From Octopus bimaculoides (Eukaryota), in the NCBI RefSeq assembly GCF_001194135.2, contig NC_068985.1:101288711-101350229 (forward strand): a stretch of DNA of 61,519 bases, given 5' to 3'. A program made the position numbers and the translations under genes. This document shows, one piece after another, positions 1 to 13,280 of the stretch (its first letter is position 1; each line of letters starts with the position of its first letter). The notes beneath the pieces were generated by a model. That model ran no database searches. It was not told where the DNA came from and saw only the letters and a list, made by a program, of their open reading frames with translations.

Positions 1-410
1 TATGTATGTATGTATGTGTGTATGTATATGTACACCTATATTCATATGCATGCATACATGTATTTATCTACTTATTGAAGACTGATAAAATTGATTATAT
101 CCGTCAGATATTTTTAAAATTATTGCTGTCATTAGAGAGAGAAATTGTTCGATTCATCTAACTATTTGGAGCATAAACTTAGATAAATTCGCGGGATACC
201 TAGAAAATGGCGTCTACATTTCTCATCTAATGTTTCCTAACTTATTATTATAGCAATATTTAAGACAGTCTCAGGTAGTGAAAACAATATAAATCACGAT
301 TACCAGATGGTGATTTAATTTACAGCAACATACGCACGCACAAGCACGTATGCATATGTACATATGTATGTTTATATACTTTGTATATACGCATGTGCGT
401 ATATACATAA

Positions 411-444
<34 letters not shown>

Positions 445-1209
445 CACAAAATATGGTGGCTCACTTCATAGGTGATCTAAACGATTAGATACGCTAGGTA
501 AGTGCTTGCTGTAACAGATTACTAGAACTCCAACTTTAACGCCGGAACTGTATCAATGGAGCCATTGCAGATTTTCTACGATGCACCAGACATAAATTCA
601 GGTTTTCACACTTCGTGTTATGTTGTACAGTGCAGAATGAGATTTAATTTTAGAGTTGTTAAAAGGAGGAAGAAAAGTCATAATAGGAATTATGGAACAT
701 GCGATTTAGGGAATATTACAAATATTAAGCAGGTAATAATTGGTTGTTTATGAAGCTACACGATCGCAAGAATATAAGGTTTAATCGAAATATAGATACT
801 TATAAATTTAATGGTGAATTTATTTAGGTTTACCAAAATATTTATATGTTGAACGATACCTATGATCACAGGAAAATATAGTATCCGATAAGTTATTTAA
901 TGATGTACGCCCATATTGGCGAAGAATATTCATGGACTCTCTAATACATAATTTACATACAGGTGTAATTGTATTGTATACGGGTGCCTCTGCTATTACT
1001 GACCAAGATAATGATTACTGTAATTTTACTTAGTTTAAGTTATTGTATATACGAACCTAGCGTTGTATAAGATTTATATTTTGTGTTAGTAAAAGTGTTC
1101 AAATGGGTCATATATCAAGACTACGATGTTTGTTTTATTCGCTCTTCAGAAGACATTATTCACCATTTTGTGAGGACCCACTTATATTTTTTAATAATTT
1201 TCACAACGC

Positions 1210-1290
1210 CATTTAACCTGTTTACACTCATATGTCTCATTTAACCTGTTTACACTCATATGTCTCATTTAACCTGTTTACACTCATATG
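1210..1290. repeat. 28-bp tandem repeat, about 2.9 copies
   Basis: CATTTAACCTGTTTACACTCATATGTCT is perfect at 1210-1237 and 1238-1265 and partial at 1266-1290. Confidence 0.95.
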
Positions 1291-3063
1291 ATCTATGGTA
1301 GAATATATGTAAAGATAAATTGTTGGACCTATTTGAAATTCTCCTTCANNNNNNNNNNNNNNNNNNNNNNNNNNNNNNNNNNNNNNNNNNNNNNNNNNNN
1401 NNNNNNNNNNNNNNNNNNNNNNNNNNNNNNNNNNNNNNNNNNNNNNNNNNNNNNNNNNNNNNNNNNNNNNNNNNNNNNNNNNNNNNNNNNNNNNNNNNNN
1501 NNNNATATATACATATATATATATATGTATATATATACATATATATATATGTATACATACATGCATCCATGCGTGCATTAATGCAGGAATACATACATAC
1601 TTACCTTCATTCTGTACTTGAACATAACAAATATTCTCTTTTCTCAACTAGCTCAGCATATATTCCTAGAATAAATATATCAGTAAGCTTTATTAACATA
1701 ATCATTATTATTTTTTGTGCTGATGTGCCTAATTCTTTCTACAGTAGAATCTTCAATGAATAAAATTTGTATATGAAAATAAAATTTACATATGAAAATG
1801 TCAAAAAAGCTACATCGTATGATTAATGCTAAAGGGTACGTCTGACAAACATAATTAATGCCAGGGTGTGTTTGTTTGTCTTTTTTTTTTGTTTGCTTTC
1901 ATATGAAAACAATGAAAACTCTACTGAGGATGTTTGAACAACCTGCGTATTACTCGTAAAAATTAACATTAACGAGTAAGTAGCCTTGTTCAAAATCTGA
2001 AATATTCCGGTGAATTGTTTGTAGATGCCAGGATATAAATTGCAACATGTTTCACTTTTATTGTATCTCACCAGCATTGCCTTGTTTTTCGAATACTGAC
2101 TAGAATAGTTGTCTGACATCTTACAGGGTGAACAGAAATTGTAATAAATTGTTCTTTTAGCAATGTTAGGTATAATGAAAAGTAACTACCACTGTGTTAC
2201 AGAACATAATGTCATTTTGGCACTCTGCTATTTTTAGAAAATATTTTATGTCCCGAATTGCCTAATCCAAATGCATTTTCGTCTAGTTCGTACAGCATTC
2301 TCCGACACCAGCACTTGGCTAGCTATTTAAAAATGTTGTCCTCTAATTTTGATAATACGACAGAACATTTGAAAATATCGTCTTAATTTTGGAATCGATG
2401 ACTCAAAATATTTTTGAATATATATCATTAAATATTACGTCTCATGACCTTTCGATTATTTGATGAATTGATTCTATGCAGCAGCATAAATTATAATTTT
2501 ATTTCATGCAATATTGAGTAATGACTATTAATGTATAGTTTAATAAAAGACCCAATTGAAAATAGTTTTTCTTTGATTAAAGGAACTCGATTATAATGCT
2601 ATAATAGATTGGAATTTACCGTGTTCCATCATATAACTTGAGAACGAAAAAATAACTAAATCGTTTATTAAAATATTCATATAACTCTTGCTGGCCTAGT
2701 GATTCATATCAATAATATATTTCTTTCTTCAATGCACCCAATAATTTCCTTTTCGATAATGTCGACATATAGCAAAAAAAAAAGAAAAAAAGAAATATGC
2801 AAAAACACAACCATAGTCAGAATGAATAGGAAATTACATTTAAAATTTGTCAATGACTAAACAGTATTATATCAAAGTGATATTGTTGATAGGATAGGTG
2901 AAACAAAGAGTAATCCGTATAAATTGTTTTATAAATGGGACATTTCATCTTAGACAGCAGTCAAAAACCACTGTCCATATTGTGTTTCTCCATTAGTATT
3001 CTCTCTCTTTCCATTTCTCTCCCTCTCTCTCTCTACCTCTCTCCCTATCTTTCTATCTCACTC

Positions 3064-3102
<39 letters not shown>

Positions 3103-3605
3103 NNNNNNNNNNNNNNNNNNNNNNNNNNNNNNNNNNNNNNNNNNNNNNNNNNNNNNNNNNNNNNNNNNNNNNNNNNNNNNNNNNNNNNNNNNNNNNNNNN
3201 NNNNNNNNNNNNNNNNNNNNNNNNNNNNNNNNNNNNNNNNNNNNNNNNNNNNNNNNNNNNNNNNNNNNNNNNNNNNNNNNNNNNNNNNNNNNNNNNNNNN
3301 NNNNNNNNNNNNNNNNNNNNNNNNNNNNNNNNNNNNNNNNNNNNNNNNNNNNNNNNNNNNNNNNNNNNNNNNNNNNNNNNNNNNNNNNNNNNNNNNNNNN
3401 NNNNNNNNNNNNNNNNNNNNNNNNNNNNNNNNNNNNNNNNNNNNNNNNNNNNNNNNNNNNNNNNNNNNNNNNNNNNNNNNNNNNNNNNNNNNNNNNNNNN
3501 NNNNNNNNNNNNNNNNNNNNNNNNNNNNNNNNNNNNNNNNNNNNNNNNNNNNNNNNNNNNNNNNNNNNNNNNNNNNNNNNNNNNNNNNNNNNNNNNNNNN
3601 NNNNN

Positions 3606-3666
<61 letters not shown>

Positions 3667-4679
3667 TTATGTATGTATGCCTTTGTTTGTGGTAATTCTA
3701 GTTAATACCGAATTTAAGGCAATTGAAATACACTCACGCCAATTTAAGTTATGATTCAATGTAAATCCTATCCTGGCCAGCAATGAAAATTCAAGGCTAA
3801 TGATGGTTTGTGATTTAGAAATAAGACGAACTGTTTTTCACCGAGGACGAATTGATATAAGCCAATGTTGACGACGGCGGAGACAAAATTACGCAAGGTG
3901 TTTTTCGATGTTCTTAAACATCCGTTTTATCATGGCATTATCTGCAGGGTACTGAAAAATAATTAACTTTATCTACAACATTATACCTTCCATCTTATAT
4001 AACCTTGCCATTGTTTCAGAACTTTGAAATTTTACCATATAATTTGCAGTAAATCATGAAGTAGGGATCCCTGCAGATGTTAAATATTTCTGACGCGAAT
4101 ATATGATTAACGTATTTATATATATATTACCTATATCATACCCATATGACTTCTCTATCACAGAACGAACAGACGGCAATGTATCATGGATTATCCGTTC
4201 CAAATTCGATTACAGCTTCATAAGATCTCATTCAATCTTTCATTCTTGGAATATCACGTGAAAAACATAACATTGTTTCCAAATCGTATTATTAAAGTAT
4301 GAGGGAAAACATAAACTCTCAATAAAACCTGATCAGATTTCTGATTCTGTATAGCAGATATTTTATTCCATCAGGATTGCAAGAGAAATTTACTCCGAAA
4401 CTGAGTTTACCGATTATTATTTTTTTTTTTTTGTTGGTGGTGATTAAATATCTCTTGTTTTATTCAAACCTGCTAAAAATTATTCGATATAGTAACAGAT
4501 TTTTCCATTTTCCTGTTATATATATAGACGACTAAAATAAATATGACTATGTCTATGCCAATTCCAAAATATAGCAAGTCATTTTCAGAATGCAGTTAAT
4601 GGCATAAGTGAAATATGACACAACATGGCTTAACAACATCAACACGTGAAAGAGAAGCACCGTATAGACGACAGTTTAC

Positions 4680-5070
4680 CTGACGAATATAGTGATTCTA
4701 CACAGTAATTTACACATAGACATATAACTATGACTATCTGTTAAAATTGCCTTTGCATAAACCGATGTAATTTTTTTCCCACTTAAGTTGTCTTGGGGCA
4801 CTGCTGGAACTTCCGCTTTATAAAAGCAACAGTTACAAGCATGCCTGATCATGCGGCAACTTTCATGGTCTTTAGAGTTACAACTGTGAGTAAAACCTTC
4901 TTGTGCTTTAGGAGTGGTAATGCCCTTCATATTGGGACAGCAGCTGTAGGGAAGTTTTATCGAACGTTTATTAAAAATATTCCTATACATTTGGTTTATT
5001 GGGAAATGCCTATTCAATACTGGCAGAAATTTCTTGCCGATGTTAGTTCTAACAAATTATAAGAAACAGG
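4680..5070 (-). mobile_element. Decayed Penelope-like element fragment (RT-EN linker and start of GIY-YIG endonuclease)
   Basis: Minus frame reads TNIGKKFLPVLNRHFPINQMYRNIFNKRSIKLPYSCCPNMKGI...CNC...VYAKAILTDSHSYMSMC. This matches the remembered PLE pattern TNxGKKFLxLxxKHFP...IFNRNTVKVSYSCMPN...CNCR...VYKA...YxG. Recognised by eye. Confidence 0.78.
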
Positions 5071-5258
5071 GTTGACCCATATGATTTAACAATGTTTATC
5101 TTTAGACTTCGTATTTTAAACTGAAGGGTTATATGAAATCTCTTTGCAGCCGCTCTTAGCTACAGCATTGTTATAATAAGGAGTACTTTATCAATGATTT
5201 CCTTTGAAGACGATAGATTAGATATTTTACTATTGATGCTGGCTATAGGGGGTAACAG

Positions 5259-5298
<40 letters not shown>

Positions 5299-6671
5299 NN
5301 NNNNNNNNNNNNNNNNNNNNNNNNNNNNNNNNNNNNNNNNNNNNNNNNNNNNNNNNNNNNNNNNNNNNNNNNNNNNNNNNNNNNNNNNNNNNNNNNNNNN
5401 NNNNNNNNNNNNNNNNNNNNNNNNNNNNNNNNNNNNNNNNNNNNNNNNNNNNNNNNNNNNNNNNNNNNNNNNNNNNNNNNNNNNNNNNNNNNNNNNNNNN
5501 NNNNNNNNNNNNNNNNNNNNNNNNNNNNNNNNNNNNNNNNNNNNNNNNNNNNNNNNNNNNNNNNNNNNNNNNNNNNNNNNNNNNNNNNNNNNNNNNNNNN
5601 NNNNNNNNNNNNNNNNNNNNNNNNNNNNNNNNNNNNNNNNNNNNNNNNNNNNNNNNNNNNNNNNNNNNNNNNNNNNNNNNNNNNNNNNNNNNNNNNNNNN
5701 NNNNNNNNNNNNNNNNNNNNNNNNNNNNNNNNNNNNNNNNNNNNNNNNNNNNNNNNNNNNNNNNNNNNNNNNNNNNNNNNNNNNNNNNNNNNNNNNNNNN
5801 NNNNNNNNNNNNNNNNNNNNNNNNNNNNNNNNNNNNNNNNNNNNNNNNNNNNNNNNNNNNNNNNNNNNNNNNNNNNNNNNNNNNNNNNNNNNNNNNNNNN
5901 NNNNNNNNNNNNNNNNNNNNNNNNNNNNNNNNNNNNNNNNNNNNNNNNNNNNNNNNNNNNNNNNNNNNNNNNNNNNNNNNNNNNNNNNNNNNNNNNNNNN
6001 NNNNNNNNNNNNNNNNNNNNNNNNNNNNNNNNNNNNNNNNNNNNNNNNNNNNNNNNNNNNNNNNNNNNNNNNNNNNNNNNNNNNNNNNNNNNNNNNNNNN
6101 NNNNNNNNNNNNNNNNNNNNNNNNNNNNNNNNNNNNNNNNNNNNNNNNNNNNNNNNNNNNNNNNNNNNNNNNNNNNNNNNNNNNNNNNNNNNNNNNNNNN
6201 NNNNNNNNNNNNNNNNNNNNNNNNNNNNNNTATATATATATATATATGGAAGTATATCTGTATATATATTTAAAAACAATAGACGTACATCACATATAGA
6301 TTGTCCTCAAGAGGAAGCAATTTTAGCAAAACATTTCTATAAGATCTCACACTATCAAAACGCTTGCTTCAATTCCTAGAAATAGAAAGCAAAAACCCAA
6401 CAAGCAAAGAAGTGTACAATGAAGTGCAGTGCAGCGTACTTAGAAGAAAAAAAGAAAATATTATACAAAAATGTAATCCAATTGATGAAGATGGTTAGTT
6501 GTGTAAGGATAAGTGAGCGTAACGCCTATTAATTCATTGGTATATCTAGCGAAGTTTATATATACACATATTCATACAGTTTGCAATGGTTATATTGTCG
6601 GCATTCATATTTTTAATTTTGCGCATGTGCATTGATTGTTTTTGATTTTGTCTACTATACCGAATAGTAAG

Positions 6672-7418
6672 TTCAGTTGGGCACCATCAGTGAGACAAAA
6701 AGCACAATGCATCAGTTCACTCTGCCAGACATTTGGAACCGACACTCTGTACTACTTGGCATTCGAGCCGTAAGGTCCATTACGGAAATTTCAGAGTATT
6801 TGCGTGTGAATCTTAGGACAATGGAATCTGAGGACATGTACCGTGCGTGGTGAAAATCAAACAGCCAGTCGACATGATGGTGATTGGAGAGATCTCTAGT
6901 GATGATGACCTTATGCCTCCATTCATGTTCCCTCAAAGCCAAGCACTCAACATGGGGACCTATATCAGATGGCTGGAAGTTGTAGTGCTGGGTCAAGAGG
7001 GTATCTGCTGGAATAACCTATGGAATAACATGCTGGAATAACCTATGTGGCAACAGGCAGGAAACCCAGTCATGGCTGTCATAGAAATTCTTGGACCATA
7101 TTAACCCTAACATATTACGTGTGGAGTGCAGTTGAGCGAGAGAGCTATAGAACTCCTTCTAACAGCAAAGACGAACTAAACGCAAGGATTATCGTAGCAG
7201 TCACCAGCTGAAACAGGGAGACCGAGCAGAAAAGCTGCAGGAGATTCTGTACTCGTCTCGAGTTCGTGATTAAAGGCAATGCCGCTTTTATGAAATAAAT
7301 TTACTCTGGTATTTTCAGATACTTTTATGTAAATTTGGTAAATATAGCGCTTAAAATGACATGTCAGAGTTATTTTCAATTTTGCATAATTTAGACGATA
7401 GTTATTTCACTGCACCCT
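6672..7418 (+). mobile_element. Tc1/mariner-superfamily transposon remnant (pseudogenised transposase, right end)
   Basis: KQPVDMMVIGEISSDDDLMPPFMFPQ...YIRWLEVVV (6847-7000), then YVWSAVERE...KDELNARI... (about 7100-7300), match the C-terminal half of a DDD transposase. Ends in a TIR-like TGCACCC followed by TA. Multiple stops and frameshifts. Confidence 0.82.
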
Positions 7419-7845
7419 ATATATACATGCACACATACACAAAGCACAGACACACTTTCACACACACATACACACACACGTACATAATTATAGATAGGCA
7501 GGTATATGTATATTTACATCTACACACACACACACGCACCCCCCNNNNNNNNNNNNNNNNNNNNNNNNNNNNNNNNNNNNNNNNNNNNNNNNNNNNNNNN
7601 NNNNNNNNNNNNNNNNNNNNNNNNNNNNNNNNNNNNNNNNNNNNNNNNNNNNNNNNNNNNNNNNNNNNNNNNNNNNNNNNNNNNNNNNNNNNNNNNNNNN
7701 NNNNNNNNNNNNNNNNNNNNNNNNNNNNNNNNNNNNNNNNNNNNNNNNNNNNNNNNNNNNNNNNNNNNNNNNNNNNNNNNNNNNNNNNNNNNNNNNNNNN
7801 NNNNNNNNNNNNNNNNNNNNNNNNNNNNNNNNNNNNNNNNNNNNN

Positions 7846-7889
<44 letters not shown>

Positions 7890-8554
7890 TGCGTGTGCGC
7901 GTGTGTGTATTTATGAAAATGTATATGCCTCCACACAGACTAGAGTGAACTTGCCCGTTTGGCGAAGAATACGAAACACACACCAGTATGCCTGCACATA
8001 TATTTGGGTCCATGTGTATGTGTCTTTGTTTGTGCCTGTATGTGTGAGTGTGTGAGTGTGTGCGTGCCAGTATGAAGGAGCCAACAGTCTTTCAACATGT
8101 AAATTTAGAAAGGTGTGAGTGACTACAGAATTTTATATTCTCGGATTTAAACATTTTCTTGCAAGTGATGAGAAACACAAGACTTACGTCTGATAATTGC
8201 ACAAACAAGAAGTAACATGGGAGAGAAATTTGAAAAGGCCAGAAGAACAGATAAATGAAATCAGATATTGAAGATGGAGGATGTTATGTGTGAGAATTGG
8301 AGGGATAAACATAGGTTTACAGAAGAATTAAAATGAATTAGCTGAATCATTAGAATGACCATTGTAGAATTAATTTGGCATTGATAAGATTCCCGGGTCG
8401 AATATGAAACATCCATTCTCATTCATTGACAAAGTGAACCAATGATATGTGGCACGTTGATATATGGGTGTGGGAACGGCTTGGGCGGCATTTTATCTTG
8501 GCATAATTAGTAGTGATGTAGAAACGGATATGACCGAAGGAGTGTAGATAGAAT

Positions 8555-8640
8555 GCTTTGGCATTTGGGCAAGTGCTTGGGGTCGACCAAAACATTGGTA
8601 GACGGAAATAGAAAGAAGCCTGTCACATATATAAATATAA

Positions 8641-8719
<79 letters not shown>

Positions 8720-8740
8720 TGTGTGTGTGTGTATGCCTGT
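8555..8740 (+). mobile_element. SINE fragment (microsatellite-containing family)
   Basis: TTGGGCAAGTG...GACCAAA...TTGGTAGACGGAAA..GAAAGAAGCC followed by (TA)n(GT)n. This is the 5' half of the family whose 3' half appears at 20480, 25380 and 37550. The family link is from memory. Confidence 0.5.
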
Positions 8741-9299
8741 AATCGATTAATGAAAGGCATTATTTTGGTATTTCTTTCTATAATTTATATGTTTATTTTT
8801 ACAATTATTTGTTATAATATCAATCGTAGCAAAACCCCATTCCCTTACGAAGCTGACATCTACCAACATGATTCCCTGAACTTTATATTTTTAGCAGGAA
8901 GCCACTTTCTGTATGCATGTACCAGAAGTTACCGAAACTGCAAAATTGATGTAAAGCTATATAATGCGCTTCAGCTCACACATAAATGACAGCCGTAGAG
9001 AGGTCGAAACGCATCGCGTGCGGAATAAAGATTAATACCATATCCACGTTTTGTTTCATTAATCGCTTATTATCTCTACTATCCCTGCAGAATTACTGCA
9101 GTATATCTAACGGAAATATATCGCAACTGTGGATGACACCAGGTATGCCAAACCGTGCTAGTGCATTAATTCGAAAAAATTACACACACACACACACATA
9201 AACGTATTCCTCAATTTATATTTCGGTGGTAATTTGTAGAGTGTGTAGCGCCTCCCATTTAAATAATCGCTACGGTTAAATTGAATAGCTTTAATAGAC

Positions 9300-9502
9300 T
9301 AAACATAGAGGGGACAAACAAGGACAGACAAAGGGATTAAGTTGATTACATCGACCCCAGTGCGTAACTGGTACTTAATTTATCGACCCAGAGAGGATGA
9401 AAGGCAAAGTCGACCCCGGCGAAATTTGAACTCAGAACGTAACGGCAAACTAAATACCGCTAAGTATTTTGCCCGGCGTCCTAATGTTTCTGCCAGCTCG
9501 CC
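9300..9502 (-). mobile_element. tRNA-derived SINE with Nin/Deu-like central domain (alternative 3' tail)
   Basis: Shares the GGCGAGCTGGCAGAAAC head, TTCTGAGTTCAAATT B-box and CCTTTCATCCT...GGGTCGATAAATTAAGTACCAG core with other copies in the window. Confidence 0.85.
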
Positions 9503-9778
9503 GGATTTAATTTTGAATAGCTTTTGTGAATATGTTGTCATTAATATGTACTCCATCTGCTGACAGCGAATACGAAATTACGCAATATTTTTCGAAGTAG
9601 ATTAGAACAACTTTATAATATAAAATATTTCTTCATTTTTATTATGATACATACAAACACACACATAGAAAAAATGTTGCCTGAATTTCATGTAATGTCT
9701 ACAAAATGAAATAACTTTTAAGTTTCAATAGTTGATTTATTACAAAATATCTAAAAGACTAAAGTAATATATAGTCTA

Positions 9779-10042
9779 TACAATTAAACCTTGGGAGAGG
9801 CATTATGCCGGTAATAAACACACGCACTGGTTCAGTCCTTTATTAAATTTATATAGTTTTTTGTTAAATTATTTCATTGCACTCTTGCAATCTCTTCAGT
9901 AACCTGTCTCTCCACAAGAGACCTGAAGAGATTGCAAGAGTGCAATGAAATAATTTAACAAAAAACTATATAAATTAATAAAGGACTGAACCAGTGCGTG
10001 TGTTTATTACCGGCATAATGCCTCTCCCAAGGTTTAATTGTA
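9779..10042. repeat. Near-perfect long inverted repeat (121/120-bp arms, 23-bp spacer)
   Basis: 9779-9899 is the reverse complement of 9923-10042 with a single 1-nt indel. The spacer TAACCTGTCTCTCCACAAGAGAC contains its own GTCTCT/AGAGAC stem. Confidence 0.97.
9863..9903 (-). ncRNA. Candidate minimal type-I hammerhead ribozyme
   Basis: Minus strand reads GTTA-CTGAAGA-G-ATTGCA-AGAG-TGCAAT-GAAA-TAA-TT-TAAC: 4-bp stem I (GTTA/TAAC), CUGANGA core, perfect 6-bp stem II, GAAA, minimal stem III and an AUU triplet. Activity untested. Confidence 0.5.
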
Positions 10043-10554
10043 TTTCTTTCAACACACGTATCCACATCAAGAATCTTGCACACGAAATACAAATACGAAA
10101 TATTCTATACAGTTTGATATAAACAGCATGCAATGAAGTTATATCTGCTAAAACAACGCTGGCCTATGTAAACGAGAATTCCAATGTAAACCATTTGTTC
10201 GAGAAAGACGGTGAAGCACGAACACGAAGATCAATATAATTTTGTTAAACTATGCTTCCGAATTGAGAAAAAATATTTCAAATAGCGAAGTACATACAGA
10301 TTAATCGTGATGCAGACATGATTTGAGATCAAATGTTCATGTAATCAGCAATCTTGAAGGTGGTGCAAAAATTAAGACATGATGATATCCCTATATAATT
10401 TGTTAATACTCTGATGCTGGTCTTCACTTTCTTCTGGCAGAGGAATAGTGATTCTCGATGGTGACGATTCTCGAGATCGTTTTCTGTCATTACAATGTAA
10501 TACGTTACCGCGGAAACAGCGGTTATGAATGAAACACTAGTTCTATAAATATTT

Positions 10555-10767
10555 TTTTCTACACTAGGCACCAGACCCGAAATTTTGGTGGAGGGGGCCA
10601 TTCGATTAGATCGACCCCAGTAGGCAACTGGTACTTGATATATCGACCCCAAGAGGATGAACGGCAATGTCGACCTCGGTGGAATTTGAACTCAGAACGT
10701 AAAGGCAGACGAAATAGTGCTAAGCATTTCATCCGGCGTGGTAACGTTTCTTCCAGCTCGCCGCTTT
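10555..10767 (-). mobile_element. tRNA-derived SINE (Nin/Deu-like core), full length
   Basis: Head, B-box, GGTCGAT..GTACCAG core and GGTGCCTAG tail are collinear with the copies at 25801 and 34270. Confidence 0.9.
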
Positions 10768-11556
10768 ACTAGCGCTATAGATATTGCTGTAACTTGGACT
10801 GTTGGTGATTACCATAACATGTATTTAACTGTTTGATTTTACTACTCTCCACTGGATAAGTTATACCAATATGTAAGGGTCCGTGTGCATGTATGTATAT
10901 GTGTGTGTAATGTGGCATTATCGCATAATAGTTGATGCGTATTTGTATTATGCACTAAATGTAACAAGTGTGTGTGAATGATTTAAGATATTTTCCTATT
11001 GAATTTCATATGGAAACCTGTTTTAATGTACATTAAGTTTTCATTGTGATTCCTCATTACATATTGTGAATTATAACATTCTGCTGGGATTAAAGAGATG
11101 CGCAGTATAATTTAGAGTTCGATAACCAATTATATAATACTGAAAATGTTAAATATTCGTACCGGCTTTCCTTATAACTCCCCGCTAACATTTGTCTTAC
11201 CAATAGAGTTATCATCTTCATAATATCCCATTAAGCATTCCATTATATCATTAAATTTAATCGTAAAACGCATCACGTTTTCAATAATGATAAATCGATA
11301 AGATTTTACGAAATATAGCTTTAGAAATTACATTTACACTTTCATCGTTACTTCAAAAAATATTCGATAGCATGCAATACGTGTATTAAACTAATCATTT
11401 AAATCTGAATATTGTCATATTAGATACACTATGAGGATACTAGTATGAAAAATGCAATTAGTAATTGGATAAGTATTCTCGAAAAGTTGAAAGATTTTGC
11501 TTTATAGCACAGATAATAAATGTATACATACATATATACATACATACAAACATACA

Positions 11557-11587
<31 letters not shown>

Positions 11588-11733
11588 TTTGTCAAGGTTT
11601 AAAATCTAAGTTTTCGTTATCTACATTCAGCCGAGGAAGATTTCTATTTTTGTGAGAAAACAGCTCCCTCCACTCTCTCTCACTTTCTCTCTCTTCCCCT
11701 CCCTCGCTCTTCCTCTGTCATTTCCTCTCTGTA

Positions 11734-11772
<39 letters not shown>

Positions 11773-11834
11773 ANNNNNNNNNNNNNNNNNNNNNNNNNNN
11801 NNNNNNNNNNNNNNNNNNNNATATATAGATACAC

Positions 11835-11865
<31 letters not shown>

Positions 11866-13280
11866 AAGAGAGAGAGTGAGAGAGGGATATCGTTCAATCA
11901 CCGTAGTGGTTGAATATATTCTTAAGTCCACCATTTCGTCAATCGCAGCATCTTCCAAGCTTCACTACTGACAGTTCTCAACTAATGTGCAAACTGTTAA
12001 ACTCGCTGTAAGGGGTCTCTAAAGTCAAACAACTTCAATAAGCCCCCCCCCCCTAACAGTGTGTGAATTTATTCACAGTAATAGCTCTTGAAACACTAAT
12101 GCAGTTTATATACAAGAAATATACTTATTGAACTATATTAAGGTTGAACTGCCGACCATAGTGGTTGGTGTGTTTAGAGACTATGCTCTCTGAGGTGCAA
12201 ATGCATAAAGTCAATTACGTGCATTACAAGGAAGAACTGTTCCAGATGCCTTTATTATTTTGGCCTATCAATATTTTCTGACAATAATCAGAGTGTCCTT
12301 AATTTCCTGGCTATCTCGTTGGTGCTTCACTTACATCAAAAACTCAATGGACGCCAAGAATATGTGAACTGGCTGTCGAAGAATCTTCAAAATGCGTTTC
12401 GGTGTTTAGTGAATTCTACCTCGACAAGGATATCCATGCTTTCGATTTACGAATCTATATTCAACCAACTCTCTGAATATTACATGCTGTGCGATGAAGG
12501 GAATACACACTGTTTTGTCTTTATTATTTGTGCTCAGAATATTGTTTCAGCGGCTACCGTTAACAGTACAAATTATTAATTTACCACTTGGTTGTTAATT
12601 GCCATTGTTGATTATCCGTAATTGTGTCAATCTAGGGAAAATACTGTCAATCCAATGTAATTGGACAGTTTCATTTCTTCTTTTTTTTTGTTTTGGAATA
12701 TATAATTAATTCTCTGAATAGTTGTTTAACCTTGTAAGCAATAGTTTATGGTAATATAAAAAATCTTACAGTAAATATTATTACATTTTCCTTCTTGAGA
12801 TGATTTCACCATAGACTCCAGTCTCCAGTCTGTTCATGTAATGCACGTAACATGTGCGTTTTCAATTATTAGTCTATTTGTTTAATTATTTATTCGGGTC
12901 TATTGAGCGTAACATCGTAGAGTTCACNNNNNNNNNNNNNNNNNNNNNNNNNNNNNNNNNNNNNNNNNNNNNNNNNNNNNNNNNNNNNNNNNNNNNNNNN
13001 NNNNNNNNNNNNNNNNNNNNNNNNNNNNNNNNNNNNNNNNNNNNNNNNNNNNNNNNNNNNNNNNNNNNNNNNNNNNNNNNNNNNNNNNNNNNNNNNNNNN
13101 NNNNNNNNNNNNNNNNNNNNNNNNNNNNNNNNNNNNNNNNNNNNNNNNNNNNNNNNNNNNNNNNNNNNNNNNNNNNNNNNNNNNNNNNNNNNNNNNNNNN
13201 NNNNNNNNNNNNNNNNNNNNNNNNNNNNNNNNNNNNNNNNNNNNNNNNNNNNNNNNNNNNNNNNNNNNNNNNNNNNNNNN

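Noticed and set aside
8200-8520. Possible old RTE-like fragment (DKIPG..., GVGTAW)
   Set aside because: Too degenerate to align convincingly by eye.
8985-9030. TGACAGCC...GG.CGAAACGCATC followed by AATAAA, hammerhead-like
   Set aside because: The CUGANGA box is not recoverable and there is no clear stem I.
9091-9142. 52-nt segment with good acceptor and GTATG donor (NYCSISNGNISQLWMTP)
   Set aside because: No recognisable homology or partner exons; such signals are expected by chance.
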